Of a DNA stretch of 64,000 nt, positions 52,580 through 64,000 are shown piece by piece (the stretch's first letter is position 1; every line of letters begins with the position of its first letter). Source of the stretch: Moniliella sp. 'wahieum' (Eukaryota); NCBI GenBank assembly GCA_003971905.1, contig RSEE01000142.1, positions 1 through 64,000 on the forward strand. The letters run 5' to 3'. The position numbers and the translations under genes are program-made. The notes beneath the pieces were generated by a model, which worked only from the letters and a program-made list of their open reading frames with translations, had not been told where the DNA came from and ran no database searches.

Positions 52580-53308
52580 GGTGAGGGTGGTGGGGAAGGG
52601 GCGAGGGGTGGAGGGGTGGAGGGATGGGAAGATGGCTGGCGGGGAGTGCTGAGCCGTGGAGGCTGAGTGGGGTTAACGTGGTTAGGCGCTGGAAGCCTCG
52701 GAATCGGAAATCAGATCTCGCTTCTCGCCTGTCACATCTCGGGTGCGAGAACAACGGATTAAATGAGCGCGCACAGCGGCATTGGGGCAGTCTTCAGCCT
52801 CGTACTGAATATGCCTCGACGGGTGGCGGAGTAACTAGCAACTAGTCACTAGTCACGGCCCAAATTAAATTGCAAATCAAGAGACCCTGCTTCCTGAGGA
52901 GGCCTTAACCAATGCAAACACCGTTGGGGCTTGCCAAGGCTCCCTTCTGCTATGCCCGATGGCCCACCACCAGGTACCTCACACACTTGGTGGGGAATAC
53001 GCCGTGGCTGCCGGCTATCCCGGCTACTCGCGGCCAGGCCTCCTCAATCTCTCGCTGATGGCAAACGTGTGGCTAGTCGGAGGCAGAGCAGGAGGGCATA
53101 GGAGGAGAAGGCCACACGACAGCGTCTATACTAGTACGGGCTTGGGCTTCTAAGAAGCTTGATTGGGAAAGAGCAAAGTCGTACATGAAAAGGGGAGACA
53201 AGCTGGCACCCACGGGGGTAAGAGGATCTGGGTGAAATGGCATGAAGAGAAAGTAGGGCAAAGAGCGAGGGAACGGGATGAGAAGAACCACATTGAGAAA
53301 AGAGAGGC

Positions 53309-56300
53309 CTAAGCGAATGCTACCCCTAGCCGCTTGGGCGCTGCCGTCGAACCCGAGAGGGTGATGCCAGCAAAGAGGGAACCAATATCGACGTAGCGCC
53401 TCGCGGAGCGCGAGAGCATACGGTCAACCGTCGTGTAGAGCACCTTGGCCAGTCGGGCGTGACGCATGCGCAGCTGCAGCACCGCACCGGGAGCCTTGTG
53501 GCCTCGGCGGAGTTGGCCACGGTGGGGAGGTCAAACAGATACTGGTAATACGAAAGTTGGGTGTACAAGTCCTTGTCCGTGTACTCCTCTACCGTCGTTC
53601 CAGGGCATCCGCGAGAACGGCAGCGCATCGCATACACCCCAGGCAACCGGCAACGCAGCCCACATGCCGAGTCGGTACAGACCCGCCAGCCAGCGTAGTA
53701 GCGATTGATGTGCTGCTGCATCCGACGGTTCAGCTGAACCGCCAACAACGGCAGGCCGAGCGTCCGCTGGCAGCCAGAGCAGCGGACGCCCACGCTGTTG
53801 GCCGGGGCGACCGGGGGCCAGAACAAGCTGTTCCTTGGCGAATGCAGGCAGCAGGCCGTCAAACGCCGTGTCGGCGCGGCAGGACGGGCAGTGGAAAGTA
53901 AGCTTGTCGCAGTGGCCATACCGCTGCTCGGGCGTGAGCTGACTATCGAGCGGAGCAAACGCGCCCCCCTGCGCTGCCGACACGTCATTCTCACTCGCTT
54001 GGGTGTAACGGCGAACATCGAGGCCGAGGCACTCGGCCAAGCGGGCGCGATCGGTACCCTCGATGCTCTCGCACAGACGCTCAATGGGGGGCAGCACTTG
54101 CAACGAGAGGTAGTACTCGAGGTCCACTTTGAGCGAGCTTCCATCACGACGAAGGTCGTCCGGGTGGTAAGCGCGCGATGCTTGCGCCGACTTGGTCGAT
54201 GCTTCCTCTCCCTCGGAACAGTAAAGATGTACGGAATCACATCCCCAGACCGAGCAGACAGACCCTTCTCCTTCATCCGCAACGCCACTTGTACATGTGG
54301 CTGGGACTTAACGTCAGGGTAGTCTTCTGGGTTTTTACCCAGGCGCTTGTAGATTATGAATGAATCAAGTGTTTGTGGCCCTCACGGACCTCAGTCGCCA
54401 GTGTACGGAGGTACTCGTGGACCTCACCTACCACGGTCTCTGTAGCCTCTCCCGAGAGGATGTAAGACAGGACACAACTGAGCATACGTGGTCAGTAAGG
54501 GGAAAAAATGCAGGAGGAAAAAAATACTTGGAGGCGTCTTTGGAAAGCTGGCAGTATTCACGACGTTTCATATCCAGACCTTTGATTTCTTTGGAGCGAG
54601 TTCCATCATCCTCGACCTTGAGAGCAGCATACTTCTTCTTTTGAAGAAGGAGCATACGCTCAAACACGGCATCAATGTCGATCTCCAGCAACTTGTAATG
54701 CTTGTTGACCGCTTTCTTGAACTCGCGTCCAATCTGCATCGCCTCCTCGTAGGTCACCTTGTTGGTGTTGATCATGACGGAATCAGTGTCGCCATAGATG
54801 ACCTCAAGGGAGATCCCTTCGGCCAGCTCGCGGGTTTGCCGCAAAATCTCACGGCCTTTAAAGGTGGTCAAGGCAGCCAGGGCCGGGCATAAAATCGAGA
54901 GTTCTCAAAACCCAGACACCCGTACATACTGTTGGCCGTCAGCTTGAGCGCAAGTTGTTTGACGTTCCACTGGGCCAGCTGCGCCTTGGTCGCCCGCTTG
55001 TCCTTCATGAGACCCTTGACGGCCCGACGCTTGTCCACCAAGGTAGCAATGAGCGCGGGCAGCACACCTCGTTCAACATCAGACGGAGGCACATCGGGTA
55101 CATCCTCCGCGCGATGGCCTCTTCCCCTTCGCCCGTCTGTTCGACCGGACTGGGGTCTCCCTTGACCCGCTCAACCGTGGTGAAGTCAATGTTGAACTCC
55201 TGGATGATGGAGGGATACAGCGAGTTAAAGTCCATGACCAGGACGTACTTGTCGCACAGCCCGCGCTTGGGCTCAAACACCAAGCCACCCTTGAACTTGT
55301 CGCGCTTGACCTTGGCGGCGCCACAACCGCGGGCTGGGGTACGTTGAACTTGTCCCGGACGCGCTTTGCGTGCATACGCTCCCGCCCAGTAATCTTGTCG
55401 GGCCACGTACTTCTTGTCGTAAAAGTCATGGAGCAGAATGTACTCATTCCTCTCTGCGCGCCCACCGTTCAAAGTCCGGTTCCAGCTGTTGCCGGCAATG
55501 TTGGTGAGTTGTTTTGTGAGCGCGAGCACTTGCAACTTGGCGGCAATGGCCATGACGAGCCAGGTGTCCATCTCGCAATGGCTTAGGAACAGACAGATCT
55601 TGGCCGGATCCAGGAACGCGCCCGCCGTCTCATCAGGGTCAATCTCGTCGCGCAAGATGCCAAGGTGGGTGGACGCCATCTCGGTAAGCGACCATGAGGT
55701 GGAGGCAATCATGCTCTTTCCACAGTCCGAGGAGAGATCCATCAACAACCGGCCGGCCATGATGTAGATAGCCGAGTTGGCCGTCAGATTCGGCCATGCT
55801 CGCCGGCGCATCCGACCGACGCGCGACCATTGGTCCGATTTCAGCTCCCGCATCCGATGCAGCAGCACGTCCAGAGACACACCAATCATGTCGTGGCCCA
55901 CAATCACGTCGGGATCTTGCGCTTGGATGTGGGCGAGAAGCCCATTGAGGAGCCCACGTTCATAATTGACCGCCACAACCTTGGAGCGTTGCCGACTGAC
56001 CAACTTGTCAAATCCATCGGGGAAACTCCCCCCAATGGGTCGAACAAAGCTCTTGATAGTTGAGGGTCGCTTATCAAACGGACGATCGTCGAACTTTCCA
56101 TTGAGTGGCTTATCGTCTTCCAGCGCATAGTCGGACCACGTTCGTGCCGATGCACACAGCACCTCGCGCTGATTCGCCTTAAAGTTCACCACGGTGCGCA
56201 CGCTCAGGGACATGATCCGCAGCGGCGGTGTACCGATTGGTGCGTCGGGCATGGAGGCCGTGACAACCGAGACGGATTTGGGTTCGTCCACAGACAACTC

Positions 56301-58232
56301 GGTCTGGCACCAACTGACCACCTCGTCACCTGTATGAACCGGCTTACCCCGAACCGCACGGGGGTAGGATCCTCGAGCCGGAGCCAGCAGGGGCCCATAA
56401 TTCGCCGCTTAAGAAGGAAAAGCTCAAATGCCGATGCGCCAGTACCAAACACACGAGCAATTTGGTCTCCCCCTCCGACTTGCCCAGAGCCTGAGCAATC
56501 GTCTCTTCCGTCAAATCGTAAGGCAGTTGCGTCTCATCAAATCCGTACCGCACTTTGAGGTAGCGAGATTGGCGTGGCACCTCGGGCAGTTCAAACGCAT
56601 AATCACGCAACACCCAGGTTGTGATGAACGACTTGATTCCAAATTTGGATCGAAGGGCATCAAACTCGTCAAATACTTCCTCCTGCCATGGCTGCTCGTC
56701 CTCTTCGTCAATCTCCATATCATCCACATTCTGCCCCCGACGTTTCTTGGCACGACGAGCCAGCTTGTCCTCCCGGATCTTACGGGCCGCCTCGAGATCT
56801 AGAAAGGAGGTTAGTACAATGCGACTCAACGCGGAGAGAGACACGAACCCTGGTCTTCTGGATCCCGTTTGGGCAACACATATAGACACCGCTCCATGCC
56901 CTCGACCGTGACGCAGCATCTCCCACTCCTGGGTGGTCTTGGAGCAATCTTGCCAATCAGGTGGATTTTGTCGCCTTGCTCATAGTGGTCCAGCCAGTAA
57001 AAGTAGACACCTCCGTCGGACTCGTAGTACGCCTCGCGCACCTTGGTATCACGGTCATCCAAACAATCTCCGTCATTGGATCCTTCTTGCCAGGGACGGG
57101 GGACGAAGAGCGGGCGCGCTGGGCGGGTGCGTGCGCGTGAGCCTTGAGTCCTGCATCCTCCTCCATCAAGTCTGCCTCCCAATCGTCGTCGTCCATGATG
57201 AGCGCCTCATGGATTTGGCGCCAGTCAATGTCGAGTTTTGCTGGTGCAGCCGACGCTGGTGCTGCCGTAGCTGATGCAGTGGCAGGAGCAGAAACAGGTT
57301 TGGTCACGGGCGGGCGTGACTGGGTCGTGGCGCGCTCAAATTTGCTTTGTGGCTGTACGGCACGCACGCCTTCGTCCTCGCTATCGTCCTCGTCAAAGAC
57401 GGAGACCTGAGGCTGGACTGCGGCTGCGACCGCATCCAATGCGGCGGGAGTAGCTTGGGTTTTGGCGCGTTTTACCGGCGCACGTTGAGGGGGAGGCACA
57501 GGGGCCTCGTTGAGCCAGCTCAGTTCATCATCCCCAGTAGGCGCCGGCTGCATTATCCGTACCCTGGGAGTGGAATTGCCCTTGGGTGGGCTCTCGAGCA
57601 TAGGGTCGCTACTGGGAATGTGGGTCGCGCTTGTGACGCTACTTGATGGACTGACAGGAGCGCGACGAGCGGTCCGGAAGCGCTCGAACCCACCAAACTC
57701 GAGAGGGCGCGCTCGCTTCTGACCCTGCAAGGGTCGCACGATGGCAGCGGGAGGGTCCTCCTCCTGGGCATCCAGACCGTTGAGAATGTTGTTCATAAAC
57801 TCGTCCTCGTCCTGCTTGGAATGTTGGGCAACAGGTGTCGTGCCGAAGAGGGTGCGCGCGCGGGCGGCGGGGTTGTGGGTGCGGGCTGCAGGCTTCTTCT
57901 GCCTGGGGGCCGACGAGAAGTAGTCGCCCTGCTGGGGGGGTGCGCTTGGCCTTCTTCTTGCCGGCACCAAAGTGGCGACGATACTCTTCCTCGCTATCTG
58001 CGCCGTCGCTAGCCCACTCGTCTTGCCCATGGTCGACATAGCCACTGCCATCGTCGTCCTCGATGAAAGTGTCGGCGAGCACACGGCCACGCACATAGCT
58101 GTTGTACTCGGCCTCGGAGACCTCGTCGTAGATGCGGCCATCGTCGTCCGAGTCGCTGGTGGGGAGGGCATGGCCCTTGCGCCGCGCAGCAAGAGCCTGC
58201 AGGGCGGAGGCACGGGCAGCGCGAGAAGACAT
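53309..58232 (-). CDS. POL1: DNA polymerase alpha catalytic subunit (frameshifted)
   Basis: N-terminal IYDEVSEAEY..FIEDDDGSGYVDHG; PolB motifs DFNSLYPSIIQEFNI, KLTANSMYGCLG and YGDTDS; C-terminal Cys clusters. Introns 56799-56848 and 54478-54527. Confidence 0.97.
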
Positions 58233-58311
58233 GGTGGTGGTGGTGGTGGTGGTGGTGGTGGGGAGGAGACGCGACGCACGCAGCTCAGCCCGCCGTCTTT
58301 TAGCACGCCAG

Positions 58312-58343
58312 ACGCGTCCCAGTGGGCGTCACGCGTCACGCGT
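58312..58343. promoter_or_regulatory. Three ACGCGT (MCB) sites upstream of POL1
   Basis: ACGCGT at 58312, 58331 and 58338, 80-110 bp upstream of the ATG. POL1 is a classic MCB-regulated gene in yeasts. Confidence 0.65.
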
Positions 58344-58664
58344 TCGGGTTCCGCCAGCCCGTCGGCGTCACCCCTGCCGCATCTCACCCTTCATGCCGCA
58401 TCTCACCCTTCAGAAGCAGGACGCGACGCGGCCCTCAGGGCACTGCGCCAGTCTCCTCCCACCACCAGCGGCATTCGGATCAGCCCGCGCGGCTTTGTTT
58501 CATTGCAGATGCCGCGTCGGGCGTCGGAGGCGCGCTGCATCATGCAAGTCCCACGATGGATTCTCATTCGATGTGCCTCGCCAGCTCTCCCAGCTCCAGC
58601 CGCCCCCACCCAAGGCAGTATAGAACACGCACACAGCATGCTAGAAACAGTGGTTGTGTGAGTG

Positions 58665-59804
58665 CTATAGAATCGAGTCCAGAAAGTCCTCGGCATCTTC
58701 CAACTTGATAGGGCCATCGTGTGTGGGAGCCGCGCCGGTCTTAGCCGCCGCCGCCGCCGCCGCGCGCGCGAAGAGCCAATTGTGCGCTTGTCGATCCCCC
58801 CATGCACCGTGGCTCCCGTCACTTGCCCGCCCCCCGCACGAGGAGCGGAGAGGTCGAGGGTGCGTGCTTGCGTCGTTCGCTCCCCGAGCTGCGCCCGGTG
58901 AAGCGTGCCTTCAAACCTGCGTGTTGCGTCAGCACTTCTACGACCCGTCGCGTCCAAGTCCGTACCGCCTTTCCTGGACCAGGACCGCTCAACATGCCCC
59001 ATCCTACAGGAGCAAGACGTACTGCTGCGCAAATGCTCGGCATGTTGCTTGTTCTTCTCAATCTCAGCGAGGAGGGCTAGTTCCTTGTCCATTTCCTCCT
59101 TTGTCAACGCTTTGGGTGTCGGCCGAACCTCGTTCTCGCTGCGCACTTTCTTGCCCTGGGCTTGGCGCGCGCTTGGGCGCGCCGTCAAATAGTCCAAATC
59201 GTGATCAATGTCCTCTTCGATCCGGCGCCGACGGCGTTCCTCCTCTTCAGGATCCCACTGAGTCTGGGCCTGGGCACGGTCGCGGGCAAGGAGGCCATCG
59301 GAAAGGGCGCCCTTGGAAGCGTCCAGCTGCTTGACCTTTTCCATTAGCTCCGTCAGGTCTGCTTCGGGTTCCACCTCCTCCTCTTCGGCCAATCTAGGAT
59401 CCTTGGGGGCCAAGTCGGCTTGCATCTGTGCAAAGCGCCACGCATTGGACTGCAGCGGTCGTCGTGCATACCGTTTGTTCGCTTGCGCCTCCGACTCCTC
59501 CTCTTCCTTCTGTTTCGTCTGCTCGGACTGGGAGGGGTGCTGCGCAGCCACCTGGAGCGTAGGGAACTCGCTGTCCTTCTTGGCGGCTTGATCTGCCTCC
59601 TCTGCCCTCCTCATCCTCCTCATCCTCCTCCGCCTCCGCTTCGGACCCCTCGTCCTCCCGCCCGGGAAAGCCGGAGGAGCCAGCGCGCCCGCCTCCACGT
59701 CCGCGTCCGCGTCCTCGCCCACGTCCACGTGCCTTGGGCTCCATCCCATGCGCCGCACGGTACCGCGCCGAAGCACGGGCCTTGTACTTGTCCTGCAACA
59801 CCAT
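58665..59804 (-). CDS. RG-repeat protein, candidate AVEN-like
   Basis: MVLQDKYKARAS..ARGRGRGRGRGRGGGR, an acidic tract, KRYARRPLQSNAWRF, and C-terminal LEDAEDFLDSIL*. Intron 58917-59022. Confidence 0.6.
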
Positions 59805-60460
59805 CCTCGCCACCAACCGAGTGGGCACGAACTAGGGACGCTCCCGCCTCTCTGCTCTCAGAATCTCACCAGTACCTGTTGCATCGTCACCAACAAGACC
59901 GAGCAGAGCGGAATCTCATTTAGGAGGCGGGGGAGCATGGGCGCAGCGGGCAGTTTGAACGTTCAATATTACATCCAATCCCTGTTGAAGTTCAACATTC
60001 ACGTTTCAATTTTCAACGTAACGATCGACGTTGTCATTCGCAGCTGCGGCGACACCGGTGTCGGAGTGCCAGAGTGTCTCCGCCACGGGTATATAACGCC
60101 TAAGGCCTAAGGGGTGCCCCCACCTCGTTAACACGGAATGCACGCCTACTATCTTATCTGCACAGCAGTCACCATCAACTCATAGAAGCGGCCTGGTGCG
60201 GCGCATCAACGGAACAAACGCAAGTACTAGTCATTACAATGGGACCAAGCGTCAAGCTTCAAGGCTGTGGTCCTCAATCGTCGCGAGCAAAAAAACGGGA
60301 GGGTATGAGCGGGCACCGCGGCACAGCCGTAGCATCTCGGTGGGGTCACAAAGGTGCATGGGGGGGGGGGAGAGAGGTGGGCAGGAAGAGAAGTGAAAAG
60401 AAGGACATGGTAGTTCATGCAGCAGGCGTTCATGGTGCATACCTCATCTTCAGAAGAGGA

Positions 60461-62196
60461 TTACATCACGGTGCAATTGGCTTCCCCTTCGTATGAGCGC
60501 GCTTGCGGCCCGGTACGCCGAGTCGACGGACTTGGATGGTTGTGGAGCCTGCGGGGCAGGTGGGAGGAGCGGCGCTCGATCATCGGCGAGCTAGGCGTAG
60601 GTGGGGTGGAATCGACGGGGCTGCGAGGGACCTTCGGTTCTTCCTCCAGGATGGGGACGACAGGCAGACGGCGTTCGAGCTGAAGGGGTGCGGCGGGGGC
60701 CTCCTTGACCACCGGCTGGGCACGCGCTTGAAGCCGAGGGGTAGTACGGTTGGAGGGGGGCGAAGAGGCAAGTGCGGCGCGGATCGCACCGAATCCGGCC
60801 ATCGGGGTCGGTGTACGAGCATCTTCCGTTCGGGCTCACTTCCCTCCACATCGGGGGTGGCCGTGTGACGCATGCTCCGCAAGGCACTCAGGCTTGCTTG
60901 CACGCCATGTCCGGCTGCTTGAGGTCGGCGCCGGGAAGAGGAGCTGTGCTACCAGCGGTCAAGGTTGCGCTGCGGGCACGCGTATCGGTGCCGGAGCTGG
61001 CGGGAGCTGGGAGAGTTGTAGGACGAGGAACGTGCTGCTCGCCCTTGATACCAGGGGTGGGGGGTACGGAACGGGCTTCACTCGTCCAGCTTGTGCCCAT
61101 GCTCAAGCCCGAAGTGCTTACTTGGGAGGCCGTCGAGGCGAGAGAGCCTTGATGATGCACGGTCCTCAACGAGCGCTCCTTGGGGGGCGTACGGGGCGAG
61201 CTGCGGCCCAAGCCAAGGAACGAACGCTTCTTGTCGTTCAACCTGTGCCCCGAAGCGACCCCAAACGCCTTGCCCCCCGTGGTGCGAGACTCGATCTGGT
61301 TGAGGGCGAGCTTGCGCGCCAGGCTGACGTCCTGGTAGCGTGCCAAGTATTCCTGTGCCGAGGGAAATTCCAATGCGGCGACAAGAACGGGATCGTCGAT
61401 GCCCAGGCGGTGACCCTCGGCTTGACGCCGTTCAAACTCGGCTTGCACCGGGTCAAACAGGTCCTTGTCCCCCAGACGCGGCATGCACCCGGTCCAATCT
61501 TCCGGGTCCTTGGGCGTAGGTGGCACTTCTTCGCCCGAGTAGCCTACCAAGAATTGGCTCGGGTTTGCATTGATCAGCTGCGCAATCCGGCCTTGGTACC
61601 GCGCCTTGGGCACCCGCACTGCCATTTCTTCCAGCATCTTGTCCAGGACTGCCAGCGCCACATCACGGGGGTAAGTGGAATCCGTGAGGATCACCCCGCA
61701 TAGCTCGTCCTCCTCTGGCCGGCCAGAGGAGAGAGCGAGAAAATCGGTGGATTCGAACTGGACTTGGTCGTTCGGCGCAGTCTCCTCAGCCAAGTCCTGT
61801 GGGTACAACGGAATGCATCCTATGGTTAACTCTGTTTTCTGGATCGACAAAAGCCAACGCAAGAGAAGGACGTACCTTGGCATCAGACGCCATTTGGTCT
61901 TGCATCTGCTGCCTCCGTAGCCAACTGAAAGGGCTCAAATCCCATGCCGCCAGAAGTGGGATGCGGTGCGTGCTCTTGTCCTGGGTAAAGATGATGGCTC
62001 CGTCTGGAAAATGAATGGATCGACGGTCAGGACTTCGTCTCTTCATCCGCACCATCCAAAAAAGGGGTGCGGGAGGAGGGGGGGGTAACATACATAAGTG
62101 CCTGCAGAGACGGGGTCCAAGCGGAAGCAGAGAGAAGAGTCTCTGGGGTCAGTATCTACGCTTCCAAAGCAGAAACGGGAGGAACGGAGCGTACAT
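60461..62196 (-). CDS. Ykt6-like longin-domain protein with C-terminal CAAX but no SNARE motif
   Basis: Spliced N-terminus MHLYGAIIF...AAWDLSPFSWLRRQQMQ...LCGVILTDSTYPRDVALAVLDKMLEE...FPSAQEYLARYQD. Introns 62102-62194, 62004-62093 and 61797-61875. It ends NCTVM* after two -1 shifts. Confidence 0.7.
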
Positions 62197-64000
62197 GGCA
62201 GTGGTGGTCAGAAGCGGGGGATGGGGGTGTGGCAAAGACAGGGAACAGAGATGATCTGGATGAACAATGTTGCTCAGAGTGTGGTGGCCGTAAGAAACCG
62301 ACGGGTGTGAAGCCGGAGGAGAGAGTGCTTCACGCTTAGAAAGGGCGAGGAAGGAAGGAAGGCCGAGAGGTGGGAAAGAAGGAAGAGGAGAGGAACGTGT
62401 TGCGGTTGCCCAGCGTGTGGTGCGTCAGCATCTTGTAGCAGCTACGAGTAAAACCCATACCAGGCCGGATCGGCTGCTGCCATAGGAGCGGGTGTACCGC
62501 TCTTCATCCTTGCCGGTTAGGGCCACTGCCAGCGCAAACACCAAAGTGTCCAGTGGCTAGTGGCAAAAGAAGCCTGAAAATCACTTGGGCCCCTCACTCC
62601 GCCCAAGGCGACTGGGCACTGTGCAACCTCGAACCAGATTGGACACTCGCGGGATGCGGGATCTGCCGGCCAGGCATGAGGTGCAAGAGGGCCTGGGATC
62701 TGAGACCAGAGGGCGTGGCCGGGCTCAGGAGCGGGGCCAGTGTCCACACTGTGGGCGCCCCCGCACCGCTCCGATGCGGAGGACGCGGAAGAAGCCGGCA
62801 AGCACCCGGTACGCCTTGCGACGCCCTAGGGGTCGTGTCAGCATGTCAGATCGTGTCACTGTCACTTGCCCAGCCACTGTGACACGTGACATGCGACTAG
62901 TGACATGAGTGACAAGGCACTATTAGTCATTCTGGTCACTGCCCTGCAGATGAAGCAGCGCCACCGGCGGTAGGGGCCTTGGGGCCGTTTGCCTTGGGGT
63001 CCGCGCTTAGCGGTTCCCGGTAACCGGTAACCAGCTAGGCGAGTGACTAGTGACGAGCTATTGGTTACGAGTGACAAGTTGCCAGTTGCTAGCTACTGGT
63101 TAGGCCGTAGGCCGTAGGGCGAAGCGCTCACACGCCAAGGTCTGCCAGTGTGGGCAGTGTGTTACACCCTGGCGGGTGGGAGCCGCAAGCCGCAAGCCAC
63201 CAACTGGCGCTGCTGGCTTCTCGCATGTCGTGGCGCACGCTGGCAACAGACGCATGTTCCGGCTCCCGCCGGGGTGTGCCCTGGCACACCCTGGTGCCAA
63301 AGGGTCTGAAGGGTCCCGGACCCAAAGCTAGCATGGCGCCGCGTGGGACGCAGCACTGACGCCGGCGCAGACCGCGGAGTGGAGAGGCTGCAAGCTGCAA
63401 CAGGGAGAAAATCGATGATCGATGATGTCGATGATGCACGATGCATGGTGGTTGTAAGAGGAAATTCAGTTGAAGCGCTGCGCAAAAGTAGCATCGGCGT
63501 CCAGTCGCCTCCAATGGCCCACCAGGGCCCAGTTCCGACCACCCCCTGGCGTTGGCAGTGGGCAGCTGGGGAACAGCACTTCTGAAAAGTGTGCATTGTT
63601 GTCGGCTCAGCCTGAGCGCTCAGCGTGCGGCCAGCAGCAGAAACGGCTCCTCTTTTTCCCCATGGCCCACACTACGTCTCGCGGCTATCCCTGGCTTTCC
63701 AGCCTCTCGTCGTACTTCAAGCTCTTCAATACGCTTGAACTTCAAGCTTCCTTTGCTCATATCTTAGCGCTTCGTAGATCTTCTCTCTCCTGAAGCCTTT
63801 TCCGGCAGATCCGCCATCTTCACACGCCATCGCCATCGTCCTGCCAGCAGCACGGAACATAATGGCAACACTAAAGCGCTGGTCCAGATTCTCAGGTCTC
63901 AGGCCTCAACGGTTGATCGAGGCCTCAGGCCTCATCGGCAGCAAGCGCCAAACACCCTACCATGTGTATACATGTCACACCCACGATCCCACGATCTGTG

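Noticed and set aside
51437..52666. 409-aa plus-strand ORF (and similar long antisense ORFs such as 47616..48737)
   Set aside because: These are antisense shadows of arginase and H1 caused by high GC3 codon bias.

Overview
This is the left end of a GC-rich fungal chromosome. It is most likely Ustilaginomycotina, inferred from the H4 signature [19 protein letters not shown] and short GT-AG introns with CTRAC branch points. The window opens with (CCCTAA)n telomere repeats, a ~140-bp subtelomeric tandem repeat and ~4 kb of degenerate sequence. Genes follow: Pif1 helicase, a truncated HUT1-like fragment, an ankyrin protein, MsrA, an Msb1/Mug8-domain protein, an SDR, endosulfine/Igo1, a divergent Ssn6/Cyc8 TPR protein, a Clg1-like cyclin, an Alr1/CorA Mg transporter, divergently transcribed H4-H3, a Pcl6/7-like cyclin, histone H1, arginase, DNA polymerase alpha, an RG-rich AVEN-like protein and a Ykt6-like longin protein. 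Many long genes carry single-base deletions in homopolymer runs (probable long-read errors), so some boundaries are approximate. The most notable observations are: (1) a window-wide family of 7-bp-period arrays built from A-NNNN-T hexamer palindromes plus one spacer base; (2) a Ykt6-like longin+CAAX protein with no SNARE motif; (3) a TGTGAACG motif present 8 times in the H3/H4 promoter and once upstream of H1; (4) an H3 with Trp78 next to K79; (5) a candidate fungal AVEN homolog. All family assignments come from motif recognition, not database searches.
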